NCBI RefSeq assembly: GCF_964204865.1
Contig: NC_135260.1
Span: 6,386,001 to 6,450,000 of the forward strand
Direction: 5' to 3'
Length of the DNA: 64,000 bases
Source of the DNA: Styela clava
Lineage: Eukaryota
Every line of letters begins with the position of its first letter. Positions within the stretch are counted from its first letter, which is position 1. Of the stretch, positions 12,460 through 24,863 are shown in pieces. A model generated the notes under the pieces. That model saw only the letters and a program-made list of their open reading frames with translations, made no database searches and was not told the DNA's origin. A program made the position numbers and the translations under genes.

Positions 12460-13896
12460 GAATATTCCTATCTAGCGGTATTTATCATACATGGGATATG
12501 TTCATTATAATTTTCACTTTGACTGAATTGCGTGTTCTGTGGTGCGTTTCCAAATGAATGTCTCAGTTCAATTATTGTCCGATTTTTGGTTTTACGCTTT
12601 AAAAATTAAAATCAATCATTTTGGTTATACAACTCCAGTAGACAATATACAAGGGACACTGAGCAATTTTATTGAAATTCAGAAGCGATTAAAATCTCTA
12701 GAGATGGTTGAAAGCCGAGCTATGTGGCAATCTCAAATTCTGGGTTATTTTTATGACAAATAGCATAAGGAGCATCAAACGTGTATGCATGTATGGATAT
12801 TTTTTGAATTCTAGTCTAAATTCACACTGACGAATAGTATTCTTAATTCTACAACGTATATCATTATTTGGCCTTTTTTTTTAATTCAATTCGGCTTTTA
12901 AAATCAGGTTTTGTGACCCACATTATATAGAATTTTGTAGGCACTTAGTAGATTTTGTAGGCACTTATTAGGTTTAATATTTTTAGATATAAATCTTCGT
13001 ATTGTTTGTTGTGTTAGTTTTTTTTTTCGTAGTAATTAGGCACTTATAGTAGAATAAATATTTGTAGATATAATTTGTCGTTTTGTTTCGAGTCATTTTT
13101 GGTGGGGTTACAAGTTGAAAATGGAGAAGCGACATTTTCAACCAACTGCGATCTAAGATGTCTGGTCCAAGCCACGTGGGCAGGGGGAAGCGGGCCCATG
13201 CAGTACGTTGTTGGTTTTTGTTAGTAAATGAATTTGATCTTATGCATGTGAGTTTGTAGCTCAATTTGATAATTTATCTTTCTATTCATTTTAGACTTAA
13301 TTTTTGGTTAGAAAATTGAAAATTTCCCAACAGTTGATTCGTATTCTCGCTTCTGTCATGTACACACAATACTAATTCGGACTTCTGGTGAAACGCGCAA
13401 TACTAGGGTGACATTAATAATCAAGCGAGAAATTTCATACATATGGAACAGTCCAACACAGACACAGACGGGCAGATCGAATTCGAGTAGTCTTCTAGAG
13501 CGGAGATCTGAACTAGGCCTGGCGATTTGGAAACATGTTAACCGGATAAAATTAACCGTTTAACCGCAGGATGACGTTCGACGCAATAAGTAATAATTTA
13601 AGCTTGTTACGTCCCAATGGTTGCAAGTGATTTCGCGTGGCTTATATTCATATAAAGCCACGACAAGTTTGGAACAGAATTGCATAATTATTGAAATTAC
13701 GTGGAAGTTGCTCTATCGAAACAAAGCATCGAATCTTCAAGTTTGTCGCCGACTATAAAAGAAAACAAAATGGCGGGAAAATGTAATACGTTTATACGCC
13801 GATGATTTTTTATTTTATAGCATAAAAAGTTTACAAAATTAAAGCTTGAATAACAGCTCAGCGGAATTGCAAAGTTCAATATCTCGTGATTTAGAG

Positions 13897-14231
13897 CAGG
13901 GGTGTATAACCTTTAATACAGGAGGGCCAGATACAAATAACTGGGTGTAACCGCGGGCCGCATCTACACTTAACCTAGGCTTTCTAATAATTGCAGGCAC
14001 AAAATTATTGGTTATTGATCTTTTGACATGCGTTTGTTCGCGTCGCGCGACTTAGCTGTTAAGGCTTTGTAAGGTCAGTAGCATGGATAATAAATTGGAC
14101 TCAGTTGTATATGCTCTATAACGCAAAGGAATTGGAACTACTCGCACTTATCAGATTAAAACTTGCTCTGCGGGCCGCACAATATTTTCTTGCGGGCCGC
14201 ATTTGGCCCGCGGGCCGCAGGTTGCACCCTG
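13897..14231. mobile_element. hAT (Charlie-like) MITE
   Basis: CAGGGGTGTATAACCT...AGGTTGCACCCTG; TSD ATTTAGAG / ATTTAGCG; GCGGGCCGC repeats. Confidence 0.75.
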
Positions 14232-15340
14232 ATTTAGCGGGGAAAAATAATCAGTTTGAACAGTGAACGCTTGAAACCAATGCTGCAAAGTTATTGGGCT
14301 GATAAAAACGCATTAAACCTTGAACTTTGCTCGTTCAAATTTATTGACACGCGACTACACAAGATTCAGTGCCTGAAAATATAGTTATTTTGTTGCATTT
14401 TTTAACAGTCTTTGATCACAAATAACTATTACACCAAATGAGGTGTGGAATTTGCATCTGAAATACGTTTGGGAATTCATTTCTGTTTTTGAATGCAGTC
14501 TGTTACTGAGATTACATACCTTACATTACCGCATTACACGTATGCCATGGAAAACAAAATTCATAAATAGAAGTGTCTGATTAAATACGGCATTATTTGC
14601 GCCTCATGTTCAAGGTAATGACATTTTGATTTTAATCTCTTTTCGTATTTAATTCCCAAAGTCAACGAACACAGTTTTCATTGTTTTGTGAGTTTTACGT
14701 TGAGACACTCAGTGCATCTTATAGTTTGTAGATCGTGCCACAAGGCTAAGATTACAGGCATGAATGATTTATAAGCGATTTTTGAAAACACAGTATTATT
14801 GTACAGATTACCGTTGACGCTTCTCCGATGGATTTATGATGATTTCAAGAAAATATTATTTGATATTAACATGAAAATATAGGACTTGGTCTTGCCCGGG
14901 TTAGTTTTTCGGATTATGGTCATTCATGTTAGTATACTCTAAGTCTAAACTTATGTTCTAAGCCGAATCGGTAAATTATAAGATGTCAGAGTAGTCTAAC
15001 ACTAACTAATGCTGAGGTTTCAATGTAGTTCTAACTTTTTATTGATCCTTTTTGACACTAAATATAGTTTTTGTAGAGTAGTTTCCGAGTTTGAATCAAT
15101 CACGTTTTTAGGAAACAAAGTGGCTCGGATTATCTAAGCAAAATTACCGCCAAAGTGACTTGAGTTAAGACTCCAAAATAATTTTCAGCGATTCTTGGAG
15201 ATAGTAAAATATGAATTGTCACGTCGAAATTTAAGTTATCGAAATTTTATCACCTTGTTTTTGAAACAACCGAAAGAGACCCCCATGTATCGAAGTGAAC
15301 GCTGCTATGGGATTGATTGACCCTATTTGCAGGTTAGCAC

Positions 15341-15517
15341 CAGTGGTGGGATTTAGCCGGTTTGCACCGGTTCTATAGAACCGTCTCACGGAATTTTAGA
15401 TTAGCGAACCGGTTAGCATTACTGGTTACTGCCAATATATTTTTGCATCTTATATGACAACAGAACCGGGTGAAAAATATGACTTTTGTCATAGAACCGG
15501 CTTGAATCCCACCACTG
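15341..15517. mobile_element. hAT MITE
   Basis: TIR CAGTGGTGGGATT / AATCCCACCACTG; TSD GTTAGCAC / GTTCGCAC; internal GAACCGG repeats. Confidence 0.8.
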
Positions 15518-16427
15518 GTTCGCACTCCCGTGTTATTGGATCGACACACGTTATGGAGTGTAACCCCGATCTGGGCTACTTCAGAGGTCAATAAGCACAC
15601 GTGTGTTGAATGCCAAATGTATGTATCGTATATTGAAAAGTTGCACGATCGAATTGAATCCAAATACAGATAAATGAAATCATATACTTAAACCTTGATA
15701 CAGTTATACGGTCGAATCCGTACTAAACAAGTACACAAAACATGGAAAACACTATATTTCAACCCTCGGACGAAATCCGGAAACGCGCGCCAAAGATTGG
15801 TCCATACAAATACGCTTGAACGCTTTCTTATGTACAAAAGAAAGCTAAGGCCTGCTACGATAAATCAACATCAGAGAAATAGCTAAAATGACCTAGTTCA
15901 TTTATTTTAACATACTATTAATATAAAGGGATCAAATAACATTAAAGTCCGTAGTCACAATCCACATTCGATACACTGCCACAATTAAAATCTCGTTTGC
16001 TTTTCAAAATATTTTAAAACTAAAGTTCACGTCTTAGTGTCTGCATGTGTAACTCATAATCATTCATTTTGATCTTGTTCATGAAATTAACTTAGCTTCG
16101 ACTTGAGACTATATTTAACAGCGACGTGACTTGATTTGCGTCTTTTATGTACTTTTTCAGATGAATTCTGAGAGTGTTTTGCGACACTTATGTACTTTTT
16201 TAGATGAATCCTGAGAGTGTAACAAAACACAGCTTGTGTTTATTTATATTTTCATGTGTTTGTATTGGGTGATATGACCCAGATGACCGCAAATGGTGGT
16301 ATCGTTATCACCCAGTCATCTACCGAAAACTTTTATACTATTATTTTGTCATAGTTTATATTTATTGTATGTTTTCTGATTTGACAAAAAATGAATTTTG
16401 TCTCTCTTTCTATCAATAAACATAGCC

Positions 16428-19400
16428 ATGGTTAGCTATTTCTTGCTTATGTGCATTCTATGCATAACTTCTACACAAGCTCAAAAGGATATACTTTCTC
16501 CTCCTTACACTTGCACTACAACAACAACACTTTGTCAACCTGGAGAAACCACAGAACATGCTCCGTCGACACTTCAAACATCTTCATCTCAAGGAAGACC
16601 AGAAAAACGAGGGATGAATGGTTTGCCTGGACTAAAAGGAGAAAAGGGAAAACCCTGTCAGTGTAATATTGCTGATGAAAAGGCAATGAGAGAGCTGAAA
16701 AGCAAAATGGATGATATTGAAATTGAGAATCGAGAAATGAAACAACAAATTCGGGATCTCGAAACAAGACACGATAAGATGAATCAAACCATCAATGAAC
16801 TAGGTTGGTGATTTTAAACTTCTATATTCTTAGAAGCTGTAACCGACTGTGTCAAAGAGGTCCACCCCAAACCACTCCCCATATAAAATAAATCTGGTCC
16901 CATTAAATTTAAATAGCTTATCTAATATAAAATCCAGGTTACACCCATTTTCACCGACAATTGCACCGACATTACATATTACTAAAATGTATGCTATAAA
17001 TTCCACTGTCATTATGGGGAAATGACAAGATAAATAACAAGAGAGCTATGCTCAAATATATGGACACGTAGCGCCACCCAATGGCAATAATTTTGATGAC
17101 GTCATAGCGAGAAAAAAAAGGTAATAGCCTTCTGGGGAAAAATTTTATCTTCAACCACTGAAAATTTCAAAGCAATTGGTCCAGTATTCGAAGAGAAAAG
17201 CGTTTTTTTTAATATTTCCACTAGGTGTGTTATTCTGTGTCAAAGAACAAGAACAACATGATATTGAAACGATCGTTATGTACACTACGTGTCCAATCAG
17301 TAAAGTCACTATAAATCACCAGTGAATTTTATCAGTTACCCCATCATTTTTTTTTTCTGGGTTTATTGCTCCAATCCGTTATAGCAGGAGTGGCCAACCT
17401 GCTTTCGATCGCATTCGACTGATCGGCAATAAGGTCATACACAAAAACGAATGGGTACTGAAGGTGCAGATAACTTCACACACGCATAGAGAAAATTCAA
17501 CTCCCAATAAGCTCGGCATTCTTAATGGAATCGCCACAAAAAAAATATTTTTATTAGTTAAGTTAATTGTGTAATTGTATCTGGTGTAAATGTTTCATCA
17601 TCTAATTAAGATGGACTGTCTAAATTTTAGTTGTACATGTTGAAAATTCCTCAAAAAAACTTGCCAAGTATCCATGTATTAGCTAAAACACGGAAAATGA
17701 ATACTATCAAACCCTACATGTTACATGATTGCTTAAGCTTCAGTATCTAATTTGCAATTTTCTAGTCCGATTCTACGCTCGCTTGAAATTATAAATAATT
17801 AGGCATTCCTGTGACACTGCTACTATTGCGAATAAAATTTATCACACTACTCTTGGAGTGAAACAATAACTGTCGCATATAGGGCTGGGCATTTTCGAAT
17901 ACCTTGTGATTTCAGAATCGAATCGAATAATATTTTTCGAATCGAATCAAATCTCGAATACTTGAAAATATATAATTGTAAGCGATTTTATTATAGTAAT
18001 TGGTCCTCTCAACAAATGAATTACCGAAGACATAGAATAAATCACCCAGATAGATTACTGAGCGCTCACACATAATAACAAACTCGTTTTATCAATAACT
18101 CACTACAGAAAATAGTCACATGTTAGAATTTCGTTGAAAAAATACGACTCCAATGAAAATAAAATTGGGGAATTCACCTCGACCATTAGCGGAAAGATAA
18201 AAACAAGATGGCGACGATTCGAAATTTAGCTCTGAACCGATTCGAATAGTTTACTATTCGATTCGATTCGAATATTCGATTCGAAATGCCCAGCCCTAGT
18301 CGCATACTGCAGAAGTTTTTGTGGGATCGTTTGTCAGTTAAGGCACACGATATTCGGCAAGTTCACTCTAAACCTTGGCACCAGTTATATGGGTAATAGG
18401 TAATAATATAGCTCTATCGGACTTGCCAATACTCAAATAGCCTACTATGAGTGTTTGCGCATGTTGTCTACAGTATTGTATTCTTCCGATTCAAAACACA
18501 CAATAGGTGTTGCCTGAAACTGTTTCAAGGCATTTTTGGGGTATGTTATTAAATTCAGTCAACATCAGACGCCATCGACTACCCCAAAAGTGGCGATCGA
18601 CCGGTCGGTCGACTTGCGGGCCACCCCTGCTTTATAGTATTGAGCGGATGTAACCTGTGAATTTACATCCAATATCTGGTTCAATTACATTCACAATTCG
18701 AAAATAATTATCATATGTATTTTTGCATTACATTTTTTCATGACAGATCTATAAATATTAACATTCCATGAAATGAGGTGTATTTTTAAAACAATTAAAA
18801 ATGTTAAATGAATGGTCTTCGGCATTCTACATAGGAAGTACTATTAAGGAAGGATGAATTGTTACACAAATTATGGGATTTTTTGTAGAAAGCCCCGCCA
18901 GTACAGCTAAAAAATGCGAGGAATGAAAAAAATTTGGTTAGTGTTCGATTCCATCAAGGGGCGGGGTGTTCATTTGGCGGGGTCTAAGATCTAAAATTAT
19001 ACCTCCATCAAACAATGATCCCTTTGGAAGTTGCTTCAAAGCATTTTAGTTCCATGAACTGAAAATCCTATATATACTGGATACACTGAAGTTAGACGTG
19101 GGTATAATCAAACAATTACCTACTGGAGGTACTCAATTTTTTTTTTTTTGTCTGTTTGGGAGCCGACTCTTTCATTGTATAATGTTTTTCTGTCGCGTAA
19201 AATGACTTTTCTGTTGTTAAAATATTCAATCCATGATAATTAATTGTGTTGAACATAACTTGCGGTTGCGTCTTCTTACGTCAAAATTTCAACATTATCA
19301 TTCTAAAATACCACGGCAGTCTGTGGACATAAAAATATGAGATAACCTGCCCGACTGTATTCAGTTTTTATTCGTATTTTTATGACCGTGCGAATTCGTT

Positions 19401-22400
19401 ATCGCCGTTAGAAAAATTTCTAGATCTGATTTAAAACCCCGTAGAGTACTATTTGAGTTAGTACAATAAAAATACACATCAGTATATCAAAAATATATAT
19501 TCATCGCCTCGAAATCCTCGCGGGATGATTTTTCTGTTGTGCTAGGTCAGGGGTGGGCAACCTTTTTCGGCTCGCGTGCCAAAATCGGCTAAATTTAACG
19601 ACAAAATTCTCTCGCGTGCCGATCAAAATTGAAAACATAACTTTGTTACTTTCAAAGCAAAAATACACAATAATAAACCTCCTAAACAGGCACAGACAGA
19701 TTCACTATTCGAGAAAATATCAGTCCGAAATAGATTCGATTACTTTTCTTATCCAATATCAGTGAGACTTCACTGCTGCATTACCGCTGATAGAGATTTT
19801 ACATTGGTTTTATATTTTGTAAATTTCGAAGGAATACACGAACTACTGGTTTCATCTTTCAGGCTACTCCTGTTACAAGACTTAATAAAGTTCATAACTG
19901 AGAACAGAAAGTCACAAGCATATGTAGATAAAAACATGCAGTTGCAAAGTTTTTAAGACATGAAAAATTCTTGGGAATGGATTCCCAATCACGCGATAGT
20001 TCGTTTTCTGCACTTCTCTCTTGTATTCCCCTTCTATAATTGCTTATATTTCTTTCGAAATCAATTTATTTCAGTAAGTTAGCAAGTAACTCTAACCAAC
20101 ATGAGCTGTACAACTTCATAAATCAATCAGAAATGAAGAAAAATGGTGGCACAGACTATATATTACGTAACAATGACGTTACGTTGCCCACCCCTGTGCT
20201 AGGTAATCAATCCATGACCATAACGGGCATATTAAAAATGTCTTGCTTTATTAATTTACTGGTCTTCAACTTAACCTACGGTTGTGTCGGCATCATTATT
20301 CTAAAATACCGGACATAAAAACATAGGTTAATTGCCATATCTCATTTTGATCCTCATTTTTTTTTTGCGAATACGACAAATCTGAGCTGTACCTACAACA
20401 CTGGCTCCGCTTTATCAAAATGCTGCCACTCAGATTATTTTTAAGATAGAACCGTTAGGGAAAAAAACCTGAGTCTGCTATAAAATGTCATGGAGTAAAA
20501 TTAATTTTTGTACAATAAAAATCGATTGAATATACTTTAGATTAATTATCTTATATATTATCACAAACCGGAAAATGTTGCGTTTCCAACATTGTATAAT
20601 GTTAGCAATAAAACGACCGCAATTTAAAGTAATGGATAAAAAGGTGAATCCCGCGCACAATTGCCTTTGTTTCGAATTTAGTGACGGTATGGTCCAACGC
20701 AGATTAAACATAATGTGTGCGAAATTTTGCGATTTACAATGCCAAGAGAAGCTTTTTTCATCGGTCTCGGTCCTCCTACAACGAATTGTTTACGGTTTTA
20801 TTTTTAGTATTTTATATTGCCGCTTTTCAATCAAAAAAATTTGCGTCGTCGATTCACTCCTTTATTTGTCTTTAGTATCTCGCCGCCGCAGAATGTATAA
20901 TAACTCTCAACGGATTCCCAATTCTGTGCGAGTACAAAAAGAAAGTAATTATCATCGTTGTCGTGGCACAATTTTCGTGATTTAGGGAAAATGAACGCTA
21001 ACGTGAAGGTGTTTACGGCCCAAATACCACCTTGCGCTGACGAAAACAATCGGCGATTTTAGCAAAATGCAATCGCGCGAGTTATTGGCGACTTTTTTAG
21101 TTTTTCGCTCGATTTCTGCAGGGTTGACTTTTAAATATTTGAATCTCCCAACGAAGTCCACCTAATGTAAGTCAAAGAATTAAAAAAATTATATAGAATC
21201 AAAATCGCTACAAACATTTCCCCGTGATAACCCATCTTTAGGTGCGTTATCAATAGATACGCAATATAACGCTTATTTGAATTTTTTTGTTTTCTTTCAG
21301 ATTACATTTTTCCGTCAAGTTGTGGCCAAACTGGGACGGATGAAAAAATATATCCATGGAAAAACGAAGGAAACTTCAGACCTGTTACAGTAAATTGCGA
21401 ACTATATTCAGTGATTGAAGATGGATGGATCGTGAGTTATTTAAATTTTGTGATGATCATTCTTCATAGTTGATTGCAGTGATTGGTCGGTTACGTGGAC
21501 ATGTACAGTTTCTCCATCGGATAGTAGGCTACACTCAGTCTATATGATGAAGCCAGATTGAATCACCAACTTCGCAAATACTCCCTTTGAATTATTAAAA
21601 TGCAAAATTTTTCAGATTGTATGATGGAAAATTTTCTTTCAGTAAAATCTCAATTATTTCTTCCAGACAATTCAGAAACGACAAGATGGATCAGTCAGAT
21701 TTTACGACAGAAACTGGGAAAATTATGCCATAGGTTTTGGAGATAAAAATGGAGAATATTGGCTTGGTAGGTGGAATTCCGATTAAAAACTTACTAATTT
21801 GCTTTTTTGGTCTTTTATTTTATTTTTGAATAAGACAATATATTGGGCATATGTGGGCCATGGACTCGAATACAATCAAAATATCTCTCGAGATACACTG
21901 GCTCCAGTGCAGCACGTTATGCACACCCATCAGTTTGTCAAATTGAGTTTGAATTTAAGTTGAATTAAATGCGATGGAAAATTCATAGTACCTATGAATA
22001 TAAGATTCTCAACCAATTCTCAAGTTATTTTTATTCAAAGCATGCTCGCTTATCTTTTGTTCATACTCTTCACCCTGAAATGTCATTTTTACGTTGCTTT
22101 TTATATACAGGGTGTCTCAAAAGTAAGTATACACTTTTAATTTTTATTTGCTTTTCAGGCACTCATCATAGAGCGTTCATTTCTTCAGAAAACATAGTAT
22201 GAATAAGTATTAAAATTTAGGTATTGTTTGCATTTTTTCAACCCACAGAATGACAAGTAGATTAACTCAATAAATGAGGTGCAAATTGCTGTTTGGCAAA
22301 AAGCATATGCATCAGTAAGGATAACTCAGCGCCTCTTTAACGGAGAATTTTAAAATTTTCTCAGAGCGTCCGCTCTTTGGGCTTCCTGATCTTTGTGAAT

Positions 22401-23846
22401 CAACTACAGATCCAGTTTTCATTAATTGACGATAAATTGCATAAATTGTTCGCCGTGTGGGAGCCGAATTAATTCCAATTTCTCTGTTATAGGTGCGCTG
22501 AGTTTGCCTTTCTGATTTATATGGTTCCTGCCAAACAGCAATTTTCACCTCATTTCTTAGGTTAATCTCCTTGTCATCCTGTGGGTTGGTGAAAAATGCA
22601 AACAATACCTAAATTTTACTACTTATCCATACTATGTTTTCTGAAGAAAGGAACGCTCTATATGATGATTACCTGAAAAGCAAATACAAATTAAAACTGT
22701 ATACTTACTACTTGAGACACCCTGTATATTGTTTGTACAAAGTGTATTGATATCATGGGGGAATAAAACACTGATTACATAACAGCCTATCAAATTTAAT
22801 TACTAGTTAGGTGCAACGCATGTACAAACAATAATCTGAGAATAAACTTTTTTAATCACTATCATATTGAATATTTAAAATCTACTAATATACTTCCGAA
22901 TTAACTAATATATTCAAGCTCTATTTCACAATTTTTTTACTTTTCTCAGGTCTTCGAACAATTCATCAACTGACAACATCGAAAAATTATAAACTTCGTA
23001 TTGATTTGAGATTCCAATCTGGTTCAGTAAAGTATGCAGAATACAGGTAATACTTCTAAGAGCTACGTAAAGATTCCTCCCGCATGGCGGAGGTGGGTAG
23101 CCATCGATAACCTGAATGAGTGTGAAGAAACTGAACCACGATGCGTGATTAAACACTGTTCTATATTATACCGCAAACATGGCGCTGTAAGGAGATTAAA
23201 GCATTGGTGAGTCTGTGTGGTCTTTGACGGCATGAAAAAGGAAGGTAGCGTACATGCAAACAATAATTGTAACACTTTGTTTGGTGGCATACAGATGTGA
23301 CCACGACACCTCTCAACGAATTCCTGGCTACCCAACTGTCGGCAGTACTGCGATAAGCAGGGGCAGAGTTGTTAGGCTTTCTATACCTGGCGACAAAATG
23401 GGATCCGTTTGCATTTTGAAGCTTAGGTCAGACAATCAAAATATTAAGCGCAAAATAGCGCTTCAGAACAATTTATTTTCAATTTTAACTGTTAATTTAA
23501 TCCAGTTTCTCATTCTATTTCAACACATTTTTGTTAACATTAAATTCTATTTTGACTATATTTTTATTTCAGCACATTCAAGGTTGGAAGTGAAAAGTCA
23601 AAATTTCAGCTGACAATCTCTGGATATTCGGGTGATGCTGCAGACAGGATGTCGTATCATAATCAACAATATTTTACCACTTATGATGTAGACAATGATT
23701 CAGGTAGTAGAAATTGTGCTCGCAGTTACAATGGTGCCTGGTGGTATAAGAATTGCTATCAATCCAACCTGAATGGAAAATATGATTCTATCTTCTACTG
23801 GAACGATCATCTCTCGTTCAGTGAAATGAAGATTCACCCGGTGTAA
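16428..23846 (+). CDS. Ficolin-like fibrinogen-related protein (signal peptide, Thr-rich linker, short collagen, coiled coil, fibrinogen C domain)
   Basis: Phase-consistent exons 16428-16803, 21301-21431, 21667-21766, 22950-23046, 23573-23846. Fibrinogen motifs: [94 protein letters not shown], SEMKI. Confidence 0.93.
17385..18629. mobile_element. hAT (Charlie-like) non-autonomous element hosting a nested MITE
   Basis: CAGGAGTGGCCAACC...GGCCACCCCTG; TSD CGTTATAG / CTTTATAG. Confidence 0.7.
17880..18298. mobile_element. hAT MITE nested in 17385..18629
   Basis: TIR TAGGGCTGGGCATTT / AAATGCCCAGCCCTA; perfect TSD GTCGCATA (17872-17879, 18299-18306); TCGAA subterminal repeats. Confidence 0.9.
19548..20196. 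mobile_element. hAT (Charlie/Spin-like) deletion derivative with transposase C-terminal remnant
   Basis: TIR CAGGGGTGGGCAAC / GTTGCCCACCCCTG; perfect TSD TGCTAGGT; minus-strand remnant FLSTYACDFLFSVMNFIKSCNRSSLKDET (~19770-19935). Confidence 0.9.
22108..22724 (-). mobile_element. Tc1/mariner deletion derivative with ~200-bp TIRs
   Basis: TA|CAGGGTGTCTCAA...TTGAGACACCCTG|TA; ORF 22312..22605 encodes ...SERQTQRTYNREIGINSAPTRRTIYAIYRQLMKTGSVVDSQRSGSPKSGRSE, like the N-terminal HTH (DUF4817-type) of mariner-group transposases. Confidence 0.85.
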
Positions 23847-24190
23847 ATAATCATCCCGGGTGTTCAAGCAACGTCAACGTAGAGATTCTAATATTATTTT
23901 GTTATGTTTCTCTAGATGTGATTAATCACTATCAAATGCTTACTTTTAAAGTAAGTAATTTGGTATTAATTTTACCGTGTGGAATCAATGGAAAATTTTA
24001 AAAAATCGCTGTAAAGCATAGCTTACCCAACATTTTGTTCTGAACCACTGAATATTTATAACCCCCTGCTCCCTAAAGATATACGCACCACTACTAAAAT
24101 ACCAAAGAGATATAGCGACAGCATGAATGATATGTTGTGTATAGTAAATCATCAATTTTGTAAAATGACGTAACGCAATGTACAAACTAG

Positions 24191-24418
24191 CAGTGTGTAG
24201 CAAGAAATTTTCAAATGGGGGGGGGGGGGGGGGAGTTCTGAAATTTCTATTTGCCAAGTTAGATCGAAACAACTTGATTCTTGAGGGTCTAAAAAGCGGT
24301 TCAAGCTACGAAAAATTGCTAGGTATGATACAGAAACATGCTTTTACTTTTTTTTACATTTCAAAAGGGGGGAGGGAGGTGGTCTGACCCCCAAAACCAC
24401 CCTCTAGCTACGCCCCTA
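24191..24418. mobile_element. hAT-type MITE
   Basis: CAGTGTGTAGC...GCTACGCCCCTA flanked by CAAACTAG direct repeats. Confidence 0.65.
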
Positions 24419-24572
24419 CAAACTAGCACAAGGAGCAAACTTCGGCGCCACTTTGGTACGCGATCTCAGCGGTTGTATTATATCAGTGATTTAGTATTAC
24501 CCTAACCCAACAATGGGTTAGAAACTGATTTCTAAAAGGATGTCTTTATGAGATTAAACTCATACCATAGTG

Positions 24573-24863
24573 CAGGGGTGTGCAACCTGCGGCCCATAGG
24601 AAACAATTGTGCGTCCCGCGGAGGAGTGCCAATTCTGAATGGTGTGCGACCCGAAAAACGAGTTTTTAATTTAGTTTAATCTAGCACGTGTGAGTAATTC
24701 CTTTGCGTTGCAAAGCCTATACCCGAGCTTGTGCGAAGCGATTAATAACCAAAATTCTTGTGTCTGCAATTACTACAAAACCTATTTTAAATAATGGTGC
24801 GGCCCGCGTTTTCACCAAGTTATTTGTAATTGGCCCTCCTATATTAAAGGTTGCACGCCCTTG
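24573..24863. mobile_element. hAT (Charlie-like) MITE; truncated relative at ~44245..44375
   Basis: CAGGGGTGTGCAACCT...AGGTTGCACGCCCTTG; perfect TSD CCATAGTG. Confidence 0.85.

Larger units (their letters stand above)
11004..12921. mobile_element. 1.9-kb segment bounded by a perfect 25-bp inverted repeat (putative non-autonomous element)
   Basis: GTGGGTCACAAAACCTGATTTTAAA at 11004-11028 and its exact reverse complement at 12897-12921; no clear TSD; contains two tRNA-like genes. Confidence 0.5.
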
